The notes beneath the pieces were generated by a model. The model saw only the letters and a list, made by a program, of their open reading frames with translations. It searched no databases and was not told the DNA's origin. From a virus (lineage: Duplodnaviria > Caudoviricetes), in the IMG/VR virus record IMGVR_UViG_637000224_000001, positions 1-64,000 of that record: a DNA stretch of 64,000 nt; one strand, written 5' to 3'. This document shows, one piece after another, positions 54,966-63,959 of this stretch; position 1 is the stretch's first letter; the number at the start of each line of letters is the position of its first letter. Made by a program: the position numbers and the translations under genes.

Positions 54966-57020
54966 ATGTCCGCTCAACAGAAGAAACACCCCTTCGATTT
55001 TAAAACCCAGTACGGCCTTGGCTTCAATCCGCAAGACGATGAGATCGTTGTGGACTTCTTCTGCGGTGGCGGCGGCGCCGGTACCGGGCTGGAAATGGGC
55101 CTTGGGCGCACCGTCAGCGTAGCCAAGAATCACAGCCCGGCAGCGATCAGCATGCACACCGTGAATCACCCAGGTGCGAAGCACTTCACGACAGATGTAT
55201 TCGACGGCGATCCGGATACCGAATGCGGAGGCAAGGCCGTGGGCTGGTTCCACATGAGCCCGGATTGCACCCACCACAGCCAGGCCGCTGGCGGGCAGCC
55301 GCGCAAGCGTGAGATCCGCAACCTGTCTTGGATCGGCTTGAAGTGGGGTGGCAAGAAGAGACCCCGCGTCATCAGCCTGGAGAACGTAAAGCAGATCCTG
55401 CAATGGGGGCCGCTGGTGGCAAAGCGTTGCAAGTCGACCGGGCGGGTCGTGAAGCTGGGCGGCGGCATTGCCGCACCTGGTGAGGTTGTGCCGGTCGATC
55501 AGCAGTTTCTGGTGCCAGACCCTGGGCGGCGCGGCCAGACGTGGGCGGTGTTCGTGGCCGAGTTGGAGCGCCTGGGCTATGTGGTCGAGTGGCGCGTGAT
55601 CCGAGCGTGCGATTTCGGTGCGCCCACCAGCCGGGAACGCCTGTTCATGATTGCCCGCTGCGACGAACAGCCGATCGTGTGGCCAGAGCCGACCCACGCC
55701 AAGCGCCCGGCCAAAGGCCAGAAGCCTTGGAGGACAGCCGCCGAGTGCATAGACTTCACCGAGTTGGGCAAAAGCATATTCGGACGCAAGAAAGACCTGG
55801 CGCCGGCCACCTTGCGGCGAGTGGCCAAGGGCATGAAGAAGTTCGTCATCGACAACCCGGCCCCGTTCATTGTCCCGATTGCGAACTGGTCGGGCGAGAC
55901 GGTGCAATCGGCCAAAGAGCCGCTGCGCACGGTGACTTCATATCCAAAAGGCGGCGCTTTCTCGGTCGTCAGCCCAGTCATTGCGCCGGCGACCCACCAG
56001 TGCAGCGATCGCATCAACGATCCGTTGGAGCCATTGCCGACAGTTACTTGCGCCAACCGTGGCGAGCTGACGCTGATCAGCCCTACCCTGATCCAGTCTG
56101 GCTACGGCGAGCGCGAAGGCCAACAGCCCCGTGTGCCAGGAATCGATCAGCCGCTGGGCACCGTTGTTGCTGGCGGCGTCAAACACGCGCTTGCCGCTGC
56201 GCACTTGGTGAAGTTCCGGTTTGACGATTCGGGCAAAGCGCTTGATGAGCCTCTGCCAACTATCACCAGCGGCGGCAACTACCAGCGGCCTGCTGGTGCA
56301 GCCCACGCGATGGGAGTGTCTACGGTGTTCATGGCTCAGATGAACGGTGGCTTCAACACGACGCACGCCAAGGGCGTCGACGAGCCAATGACGACGGTCA
56401 CCAACACCGGAAGCCAGCAGCAACTGGTGGCCGCAAGCCTGGTGCACCTACGCGGCAACTGTAATGCGCGGGACCCCGCCGATCCGCTGCACACCATTAG
56501 CGCCGGCGGCCAGCACCACGGCATGGTGACAGCGTTCATGGAGCGGCAGTTCGGTGCCAGCGTCGGTCAGTCGCTTGAAGAGCCTGCGCCCACCGTCACG
56601 GCCGGAGGCGGAGGTAAAAGCTCTGTCGTATCGCTCAGACTCTCCCCAGAGCATGAGGAAGGCGCACTGCGCGTCGCCGCGTTCCTGATCAGCTATTACG
56701 GGACCGAGAACGTCAGCAGCGCGGGCGAACCAGCGCCCACGATCACGACCAAGGATCGCTTGGCGCTGGTCACCGTCATGGTCAAGGGCACTCCCTACGT
56801 GATCGTCGACATCTGCCTGCGGATGCTCAAGCCGTCAGAGCTGTACAAGGCTCAGGGCTTCCCCGCCGACTACGTCATCACCCACGGCGCCGACGGCAAA
56901 CCGTTCACTAAAACTCAGCAGGTTCACATGTGCGGCAACAGCGTGAGCCCGCCGCCGATGGCAGCCTTGGCCAAGGCTAATGACCCTTGGCGGGCAACCA
57001 TGGCAGCTTTAGCAGCCTGA
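54966..57020 (+). CDS. DNA (cytosine-5) methyltransferase with large insertion
   Basis: DFFCGGGG, SPDCTHHS, LENV, TSRERLF, GNSVSPP. Confidence 0.92.
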   Translation: MSAQQKKHPFDFKTQYGLGFNPQDDEIVVDFFCGGGGAGTGLEMGLGRTVSVAKNHSPAAISMHTVNHPGAKHFTTDVFDGDPDTECGGKAVGWFHMSPDCTHHSQAAGGQPRKREIRNLSWIGLKWGGKKRPRVISLENVKQILQWGPLVAKRCKSTGRVVKLGGGIAAPGEVVPVDQQFLVPDPGRRGQTWAVFVAELERLGYVVEWRVIRACDFGAPTSRERLFMIARCDEQPIVWPEPTHAKRPAKGQKPWRTAAECIDFTELGKSIFGRKKDLAPATLRRVAKGMKKFVIDNPAPFIVPIANWSGETVQSAKEPLRTVTSYPKGGAFSVVSPVIAPATHQCSDRINDPLEPLPTVTCANRGELTLISPTLIQSGYGEREGQQPRVPGIDQPLGTVVAGGVKHALAAAHLVKFRFDDSGKALDEPLPTITSGGNYQRPAGAAHAMGVSTVFMAQMNGGFNTTHAKGVDEPMTTVTNTGSQQQLVAASLVHLRGNCNARDPADPLHTISAGGQHHGMVTAFMERQFGASVGQSLEEPAPTVTAGGGGKSSVVSLRLSPEHEEGALRVAAFLISYYGTENVSSAGEPAPTITTKDRLALVTVMVKGTPYVIVDICLRMLKPSELYKAQGFPADYVITHGADGKPFTKTQQVHMCGNSVSPPPMAALAKANDPWRATMAALAA

Positions 57021-57026
57021 GATACT

Positions 57027-57278
57027 TTACTCAGGTGTGGCGTATAGATGGCTAACACACGTACCGCAAACAGATCGCCCAAGCACGGCCGCTTTCGCTC
57101 TAGCGGTCTCCTCGGCAAGACAGCTCAGATTAATGGTCGATGTTTCATCAAATTTGGCTTTATTGCAGATCGAAGATTTTCGCGTAGAACACTCTCTTGG
57201 ATCTGTACTGGTGAGCGTACCTTCGAATATATGGTGCTCGTTAGTTTCATTTCGCTTCCGTATTGAGTAAGTGATCAT
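57027..57278 (-). CDS. Moron, small Cys-containing protein
   Basis: HIF..C..SIC..CGTCVSHLY; AT-rich, antisense. Confidence 0.65.
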   Translation of the reverse strand: MITYSIRKRNETNEHHIFEGTLTSTDPRECSTRKSSICNKAKFDETSTINLSCLAEETARAKAAVLGRSVCGTCVSHLYATPE

Positions 57279-57391
57279 TCCATAACCTCCACTAATAATG
57301 GCATTGCGCCAGTCTCGATAATGCCACTACCAAACGGTTATTCATACCCCTCCCAAACAACCTGAGCCCCTAGTGAGGCAAGGACAAACTC

Positions 57392-57706
57392 ATGCCCGAA
57401 GAAACGTTGATAGGTCCCGTCGAAGTCACCCGCGACGAGGACGGCTACTGGTATCACCCAGGCGTTCCGGATTTCGATGAAGACCATGCGGCCTACAAAG
57501 CCTGGCTTGATGCTCAGCAACTGAAGGTGGTCGGCTGGCACATGGACTCCGACCTTGAGTCGCCCCCCTACTGGGAAGAAGGCGCAGCCAACTGCCTCGG
57601 CTGGGAACCTGAAACACCCACTGCACCCGGCTGGTTTCTTCTGGGCATCTTCGATACGGACGACGGCCCATACGTGCAGTGGGCGCAGCGGCTGGTGACG
57701 CCATGA
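57392..57706 (+). CDS. Early hypothetical protein
   Basis: RDEDGYWYHP, GWFLLGIFDTDDGP. Confidence 0.75.
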   Translation: MPEETLIGPVEVTRDEDGYWYHPGVPDFDEDHAAYKAWLDAQQLKVVGWHMDSDLESPPYWEEGAANCLGWEPETPTAPGWFLLGIFDTDDGPYVQWAQRLVTP

Positions 57707-58347
57707 GCCAGGTCAAGGAAAGACCGATCCTGTTCAGCGCGCCGATGGTGCGCGCCATCCTGTCCGGCCAGAAGACAGTCACGCGGCGCGTGCTTAAGGT
57801 TCAGCCGCACATTGATGCGAGCGGTAATTTCTGCGTAGGTGGGGCCAACTACGGGCAAGACATTTACGGCAAACCTGTGACAAACCACTTTGTCAGCAGT
57901 GACTGCCCGTACGGCCAACCCGGCGACCGTCTATGGGTGCGAGAGGCCTGGCAGGCTGATGCGCAGGTCAATGAGGTAGCGCCGCGAGAGCTGAGCCATG
58001 GTGAGCCGATCCGCTACCCGGCAGATGGTGCCTCAAGGCGAACGGGATGCTCGATGATCACGCCGGGTAAAACTCGGCCATCCATCCACATGCCGCGCTG
58101 GGCCAGCCGCATCCTGCTGGAGATCACCGCCGTGCGGGTCGAGCGCCTGCAAGAAATTTCCCGCAGCGACATCCGGGCGGAAGGATTGGAATGCCCGCCA
58201 GAACTGGCGAGCGACGACGTATCGCCGAATTATCGCGACTGGTATCCCGCCGCGTGGTGGGAGCTGTGGGAATCAATCAACGGGGCCGACTCTTGGAATA
58301 GCAACCCTTGGGTCTGGGTCGTCGAGTTCAAGCGCGTGAAGACCTGA
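57703..58347 (+). CDS. ASCH/PUA-like early protein
   Basis: ILFSAPMVRAILSGQKTVTRR, GDRLWVRE, PSIHMPRWASRI, NPWVWVVEF. Confidence 0.75.
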   Translation: MSQVKERPILFSAPMVRAILSGQKTVTRRVLKVQPHIDASGNFCVGGANYGQDIYGKPVTNHFVSSDCPYGQPGDRLWVREAWQADAQVNEVAPRELSHGEPIRYPADGASRRTGCSMITPGKTRPSIHMPRWASRILLEITAVRVERLQEISRSDIRAEGLECPPELASDDVSPNYRDWYPAAWWELWESINGADSWNSNPWVWVVEFKRVKT

Positions 58348-58349
58348 GC

Positions 58350-58562
58350 CTACCGCACTATGAATATCAGCTCTCCCCTGTCAGTCATCGCCATGCCGTA
58401 CTTGAGCCGGCCCAGGTACTGCTGGTGCATTGAGTAGACCCGGTCATCGATGATTCTGAAAATCATCGTTGTCTCAGACCAGATATTGCCGTCCACCGCC
58501 CGCCTGCCGAGCCTGGCATTGCGCGGGCCGTAAACCTCATCCGCCGTTGTGGTGCATTCCAT
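58350..58562 (-). CDS. Small hypothetical protein
   Basis: 70-aa antisense ORF filling the intergenic gap. Confidence 0.5.
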   Translation of the reverse strand: MECTTTADEVYGPRNARLGRRAVDGNIWSETTMIFRIIDDRVYSMHQQYLGRLKYGMAMTDRGELIFIVR

Positions 58563-58686
58563 GACCTCTCCTTGGTGGTGTACCAGCTCCTGCTGGCTGC
58601 GTGGACCATAGCAGTGATCAGAGGCAGCTGCCTGATATCCCCTTCCCTACAGAGCCTGCCGGCGATCGGCGGGCGGAGATGTGCGC

Positions 58687-59148
58687 ATGAGCAAAGCACC
58701 TATTGAGCCCCAGGACTACCTGTACGGCGTCAAGGTAGTCCAGATCGAAGACCTTCGGGTAGCGCGCGGGCTGACTCGCCGGCCAGCATCTGCCTGCAAG
58801 CACAAGAAACTGGTTTACGACCACAACGAGCGGCGCGTCTGGTGCAGCGACTGCGAGGCGGAGGTCGAGGCCTTTGACGCGTTTTTGGGGTTGGTCGAGG
58901 TGTTCAGCGCCGGAATGAACAACCTCGCGCGGCGCCGCAGCGAATTGGATGAGGCGGAAAAATTCCAAATCCGTAGCCGGGCAGCCAAGGTAATGGACGA
59001 CGCCTGGCGCAGCACAAAACTGGCCCCGCTTTGCCCGCACTGCAATACCGCGATCCTGCCCGAAGACGTAGCGGGCGGAATCGCCAAAACATCCAAAGCC
59101 CTGGTGAGTGCCGCACGTAAACGCCAAGGCCAAAAAAAACCGACTTAA
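58687..59148 (+). CDS. Early hypothetical protein with Cys pairs
   Basis: CKH, CSDC, CPHC. Confidence 0.75.
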   Translation: MSKAPIEPQDYLYGVKVVQIEDLRVARGLTRRPASACKHKKLVYDHNERRVWCSDCEAEVEAFDAFLGLVEVFSAGMNNLARRRSELDEAEKFQIRSRAAKVMDDAWRSTKLAPLCPHCNTAILPEDVAGGIAKTSKALVSAARKRQGQKKPT

Positions 59149-59228
59149 CCCCTTCCGCCGCCCAGCGCGGCCCACACTCATTTCAATATCTAACAATGGC
59201 GGTCCTGAGCGGGCTGCAGGAGCTACTT

Positions 59229-59444
59229 ATGGACGAAATTCACTTTCTGTCGCACGAAGAGGTGTGCACCCTAACCGGTGCCAAAACGAAAGCCGGGCAA
59301 ATAGCCGTGTTAAAGCGAAACGGGATTCGGCACACGATCAAAAGAAGTGGTTGGCCGTGCGTCATAGCATCGGCGCTGACTGGCGAAGCCGTGACCACCA
59401 CGACTTCAGGCAAACCTAAATGGCAGCCACGGCTGGTGGGATAA
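59229..59444 (+). CDS. xis: Excisionase-like protein (DUF4224-type)
   Basis: FLSHEEVCTLTGAK..Q..L..NGI; abuts the integrase. Confidence 0.8.
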   Translation: MDEIHFLSHEEVCTLTGAKTKAGQIAVLKRNGIRHTIKRSGWPCVIASALTGEAVTTTTSGKPKWQPRLVG

Positions 59445-60479
59445 ATGGGAAGGAAGCCGATTAATCCCGACAGCGTCACACGCCTCAGAAAGCGTAAACA
59501 GCGCAGCGGGGTCGTCTATTACTACTATGACATCGGAGGCTCACCGCGAAAGGAAATCCCACTCGGCTCGGACTATGGCATGGCGATCGTCGAGTACGCC
59601 AAGCTGGAGAAGAGCCGAACATCCTCGGCTCTCGTACAGCAGGTGCTGACCTTCGCGTATGTCGCGCAGAAGTACATGATCGAGGTCGTGCCGACCAAAA
59701 GCCCGGCAACGCAGAAAGACAACGCCAGGGAGCTGAAGCAGCTTCTGAAGTTCTTCGACGATCCGCCAGCACCGCTGGAAGCGATCGAACCTCAACACGT
59801 CGTGCAGTACCTGCGCCAGCGCGGGAAGACTGCCCCTGTACGAGCAAACCGGGAGAAGGCGCTACTGAGTGCTATCTGGAATTTTGCGAGGAGCGCCGGC
59901 TACACAGCGCTGGCCAACCCATGCGCGGGCGTAAAGGGTCACAAGGAAGTTGGGCGAGACCATTACATCGAGGACGAGATGTTTGCTCTGGTTTACGGCC
60001 ATGCGGAGCAACCTCTACGCGATGCTCTGGATCTGTTCTACCTGACCGGACAGCGGATTGCGGACACGCTGAAAATGGACGAGCGCGATATACGCGACGG
60101 CCGGCTATGGGTTCAGCAAGGTAAGACGAATGCAAAAAGGAGGATTGAAATTACAGGTGAGCTGAAGGTGGTCATTGACCGCATTATGACCAGAAAGGAA
60201 GGACACAGGATCCGCACCTCCAGGCTGATCGTCATGGATAACGGCCAGCCCATGACGAGCAGTATGTTGCGGGGAAGATTTGACGCGGCACGCGAGGCGG
60301 CCGGTGTGGAGAAGGGAGAATTTCAGATGCGAGACCTGCGAGCGAAAGCCGGCACGGATAAAGCTGAATCGAGCGGCGATATCCTTCAAGCCCGCGATCA
60401 GCTCGGGCACACCACCGTGGTGATGACCGAGAACTACATCCGCAAAAGGATCGGGAAAAAGGTCACTCCAACCAAGTGA
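59445..60479 (+). CDS. int: Tyrosine integrase
   Basis: LTGQRIAD, QGKT, RDLRAKA, LGHTT..MTENY; next to att. Confidence 0.95.
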   Translation: MGRKPINPDSVTRLRKRKQRSGVVYYYYDIGGSPRKEIPLGSDYGMAIVEYAKLEKSRTSSALVQQVLTFAYVAQKYMIEVVPTKSPATQKDNARELKQLLKFFDDPPAPLEAIEPQHVVQYLRQRGKTAPVRANREKALLSAIWNFARSAGYTALANPCAGVKGHKEVGRDHYIEDEMFALVYGHAEQPLRDALDLFYLTGQRIADTLKMDERDIRDGRLWVQQGKTNAKRRIEITGELKVVIDRIMTRKEGHRIRTSRLIVMDNGQPMTSSMLRGRFDAAREAAGVEKGEFQMRDLRAKAGTDKAESSGDILQARDQLGHTTVVMTENYIRKRIGKKVTPTK

Positions 60480-60596
60480 ATTCTGCACCGCAATTATTTT
60501 TACCCCCTTGAATTTAAAGGGCTGCAAGGCAGGTAATTAACGTGTCATGCGGTGCAGGATTATTGCTAACCATCTGTTTATAAAGGATGAATTCAC

Positions 60597-60667
60597 GGAC
60601 TTAAAATCCCTCGTCCTTTGGACGTGCCGGTTCGACCCCGGCTCGGGGCACCATTTAAAATCAAGGG
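60597..60667 (+). repeat. att core, right copy (3' part of tRNA-Leu)
   Basis: Identical to 1268-1338. Confidence 0.95.
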
Positions 60668-60698
60668 CTTACGCGCTTTATGTGCGTAGGCCCTTTTT
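60664..60698 (+). terminator. Rho-independent terminator
   Basis: AGGGCTTACGC...GCGTAGGCCCT followed by T-tract. Confidence 0.65.
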
Positions 60699-60835
60699 GT
60701 TTAAGTTGCCGCAATTTTATATTCTTGCCGCAATTCTTTTTCGGATCCATGCCCGCATTCCGCCGAAGAACGCCACTCCCCAAATCTGAAAGACTCAACC
60801 GCTGTATGCCATACAGAAATTGAGAATTACTCATC

Positions 60836-60955
60836 ATGAACATCGACTACACCGAAGGCTGGCCGTTCTGCCCTACGGAGGAGCAGATGCTCAAGCAACA
60901 CGCTCATCTGGTATTGGAAAAAAACAGGCTATTGCGCGATGAGGTAGACCGATAG
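60836..60955 (+). pseudogene. Truncated homolog of ORF 1511
   Basis: MNIDYTEGWPFCPTEEQMLKQHAHLV..DR then TAG; upstream SOS box shortened to CTG-N9-CAG (60802-60816). Confidence 0.85.
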
Positions 60956-61011
60956 CTGCCCGCCGCCATGTTGCCAAGCAGCTCGACGCACTGCGCCTCA
61001 CCATAGTAAGC

Positions 61012-62031
61012 ATGGTCACGGCAAGCAACCTTGAACAGTTCAAGGCCCATTCGCTGGCCGTGTTTTCGGCGATCAACACTGACCTGCAGACCGACCAGCA
61101 TTTCGCTGACGCAGAGAAAACAGTGAAGTGGTGCGGCGAGGTCGAGGAGCGCCTGGAAGCAGCCAAGCAGCACGCGCTGAGCCAGACGGAAACCATCGAT
61201 GCCCTCTTCCGCACCATCGACGAAATATCGGAGCAGGCCCGTCGCAAGCGCCTTGAGCTGGACAAGCTGGTGAAAGCTCGCAAGGTGGCCATTCGCGACG
61301 AGATCGTCCTCAAAGCGAAAGCAGCGCTGCGTGATCACTTGGACAAGATCAACACCTCGTTCGGCGGCAAGGTACGGCTGCCGGAGATCCCCGCGGACTT
61401 CGTCGGCGCGATCAAAGGCAAAAAAAATATCGCCAGTCTGCGTGACGCCTCCGACTCTGAACTGGCCCGGGCCAAGATCGAGGCCAGCCAGATCGGCGAC
61501 GGCATCCGCACCAACCTGGAGAGCTTGCACACCCTCGCCGTGGATCATCCGTTTCTGTTCAACGATGCTCAGCAGATCGTGCTCAAGAACAATGACGACC
61601 TGGTCGCCCTCATCAAGGTGCGGATCAACGAGCACAAGCAGGCCGAGGAAGCGAAAGAGCTGGAGCAGCGTGAACGTATTCGTGCTGAAGAATCAGCGAA
61701 GCTTGCGGCTGCGGCCGAAGCAGAGCGAGTCTCTGAAGCTGAAAAAGCGAAAGCCAGCGCGCCTGCGCAGCAAGCTGCTGATGCACCCAAACCAGTCGAA
61801 CAACCAGCTCCGAGAATGTCGGCCGTCGCCCCATCTGCGAAGGTGCCGCCCAAGCCGACAAAGCTCGAAGCGAACGTCACCGGCCTTCATGCGCTGGTGA
61901 AAGCCGTTTACGAAGGTCGGGCGCCGATATCGGTCCTCACAGTGAACTGGGGCGCGCTGGACGACCTTGTCCATATTCAAGGCGCTGACTTCCAAATGGA
62001 CGGAGTAACCATCACGCAGGTGGCAGCGTGA
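61012..62031 (+). pseudogene. 5'-truncated YqaJ homolog (nuclease domain missing)
   Basis: Near-identical to the C-terminal ~340 aa of 48310-49971. Confidence 0.9.
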
Positions 62032-62108
62032 TCAACCTGGAGCTGAGTACAGCTCGGCAAAACCGAGAACGGTCTGCCTCAATCGATGCGGCCGTTGCTG
62101 CCTTCCCC

Positions 62109-62168
62109 GCCTGACGAAAACTGCCCGACCCCTGTTATAGCGCCAAGGCTGCATCGGAGAGTGATCTG
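62109..62168 (+). repeat. Second copy of the pL-leader element at 45669-45727
   Basis: GCCTGACGAAAACTGCCCGA..ATAGCGCCA..GCTGCATCGGAG.GTGATCTG. Confidence 0.85.
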
Positions 62169-62257
62169 AACGCCCGCAAGTGAGTGTGTCAGAGGACAGA
62201 ACGGAGCCTTCTAACTTGAGACGACCGTAGCGGAATGATTAAATAGTACATAGCCTT

Positions 62258-62704
62258 TTGCCATGGAGATATCTGTTGAAGCAGTACCGCGGGTTGATCG
62301 TTTTTTTCATAACAGTGGTCTCGGTCTTTGCTTTGCTCCAGGTCTGGCATGCGCGCGTAGCTCCGGAAGAAGCAAAGCTGGAGCGCGAACGGAAGCTAAC
62401 AAGTATGGCCAAGTACTTTGATATAGGTACTCCCAAAATGCTCGACGACTCAGTCCGCCTAGACTCAGTAAAATACGAAGAAGGAACGATGCGGATCTCT
62501 TACACACTTACAAAACGGGCGAAAAGTGAAATCGACTCTGAAGAGTTTACGAAGCAAGCAAGAGACCGGACCATAGAGCCGTCCTGCAATGAAAAAGGCT
62601 TAGGCCCATTTGTGAGGTCAGGGCTCATCATAAATTACAAATTCAATGACTCAAGCGATTCACCTATCAGCGAATTTCAGATAGAAAAGTCCGACTGTCT
62701 ATAA
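62258..62704 (+). CDS. Membrane-anchored exported protein (moron)
   Basis: N-terminal TM; AT-rich; own terminator at 62718-62742. Confidence 0.7.
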   Translation: MPWRYLLKQYRGLIVFFITVVSVFALLQVWHARVAPEEAKLERERKLTSMAKYFDIGTPKMLDDSVRLDSVKYEEGTMRISYTLTKRAKSEIDSEEFTKQARDRTIEPSCNEKGLGPFVRSGLIINYKFNDSSDSPISEFQIEKSDCL

Positions 62705-62947
62705 AAGCCAGCACCTGAAGCCCGCCTCCCGCGGGCTTTCTTATGCCTTGCGCACCCGCTGTGCCATCAGCGCTATTAACCATAACTGTTTCGACACCAT
62801 CAATGGCCACCGCCATTGTCGTGGACCGTCATAAGTGTCCCCTCTTCCATAATCAAAACGACCGCACCGGCAGGTGCCAGGCCAGTCTCACGGCTGGGTT
62901 TGGTCACCCGTGCCTCGCATCTGGCCAATGCGGTCAAGGAGCCTCAT

Positions 62948-63333
62948 ATGCATCAGACAATCAGCCAATCAGACAATCAGACAATCAGCCAATCAGCCAA
63001 TCAGCCAATCAGCCAGCGTCGTGCAACCTCGAAGGCCTGCGCCAACGCTGCCCCCTTTCCACTGCCGAGTTTTACGACAAGGTCGGCCGCAAGAACCCGG
63101 CAGCTCTGCCGCGCTTCACGGTCGTGCCGAACGGCAATAACGAGTTCGGCATCGTCGAGCGCTCGACCGGCAATGTACGTGGCGTGCATCGAGGCCACAG
63201 CGCGACGTGCAAAGCCGCTGATCAACTGGAAGCCCAGCCTGTACGTCAGCGGTCGTTCGCCACTCACATGCTGCGCTGGACTGCTGCGATCGCCACCGGC
63301 CTGGCGCTGTTCGCGCTGTACGGTGCCAGCTGA
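62948..63333 (+). pseudogene. Frameshifted phage early gene
   Basis: AAGGAG RBS + MHQTISQ.. in one frame; LEGLRQR..TM C-terminus in another. Confidence 0.7.
62952..63015 (+). repeat. Tandem repeat, 8 x ATCAG(A/C)CA
   Basis: Units read directly, starting 1 nt after ATG 62948. Confidence 0.95.
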
Positions 63334-63959
63334 TGATCAGTCCAGAGCTGAGCACGATTCAGCGCAACAAAGAGCGGTCCGCCATCCTTGAGGCTGAGGT
63401 GGCTGCGTTTCTCAAGCGCGGCGGCGTGATCGGGACGCTCAAAGGCTTCCCGGTCAGACCGGAGCCGAAGCCATACGGCCGCATGATCGCGCCAAGTGCT
63501 CCCCAGCCCGCACCACGACGCCGCACAAAGGAGGCTATGCGCGCCGCCGCCCCTCGAGACGCCATCCAAGACCGCTGCCACGCTCGGACTGAACAGGTGG
63601 AAGTCGTCCGCAAGCTGGCCGAGACGATGACGATCACCGATGTCATGCGCGAAACCGGCCTGAGCATCTACAGGCTTCGGAAAATGGCCCGCGTGCATGG
63701 CTTCGAATACAAAGCGTTCAGCCCGGCTTCCAACCTCATTCCGTACCAACACGATCCGGTGGCCGACGCATTGAACGTGGGCCGGATCAAAGCCGCCCGC
63801 GACCGCGGTATATCGCGGAAGGCAGCCGTCGTTGAGCTGGGACTGAGTAACACGATGATCAATCGGCTGATCCGTGATTTCAAAATCGATTATCCGCTGG
63901 AAGGACCAAGCCGAAAGTTAGGCGCGTGCTCTGACGCTCCAATCCTGAAGAATATCTAA
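63333..63959 (+). CDS. Phage early protein with two HTH-like segments
   Basis: N-terminus resembles ORF 49968 (ELS.I.RN...L.A.V..F...GG). Confidence 0.7.
   Translation: MISPELSTIQRNKERSAILEAEVAAFLKRGGVIGTLKGFPVRPEPKPYGRMIAPSAPQPAPRRRTKEAMRAAAPRDAIQDRCHARTEQVEVVRKLAETMTITDVMRETGLSIYRLRKMARVHGFEYKAFSPASNLIPYQHDPVADALNVGRIKAARDRGISRKAAVVELGLSNTMINRLIRDFKIDYPLEGPSRKLGACSDAPILKNI

Larger units (their letters stand above)
1268..60667. mobile_element. Lambdoid (siphovirus-type) prophage, ~59.3 kb
   Basis: att direct repeats, terminal integrase/xis, and full immunity, replication, head, tail and lysis modules. Confidence 0.95.

Noticed and set aside
52202-57020. Complete restriction-modification system
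   Set aside because: No recognisable PD-(D/E)xK, HNH or helicase restriction subunit next to either MTase
60597-60652. Second functional tRNA-Leu
   Set aside because: Lacks the 5' acceptor strand and D-arm; it is the att duplication
60802-60816. Functional LexA box in the relic
   Set aside because: CTG-N9-CAG, one base short of consensus spacing
62952-63015. CRISPR array
   Set aside because: Contiguous 8-mers without spacers; no cas genes in the window
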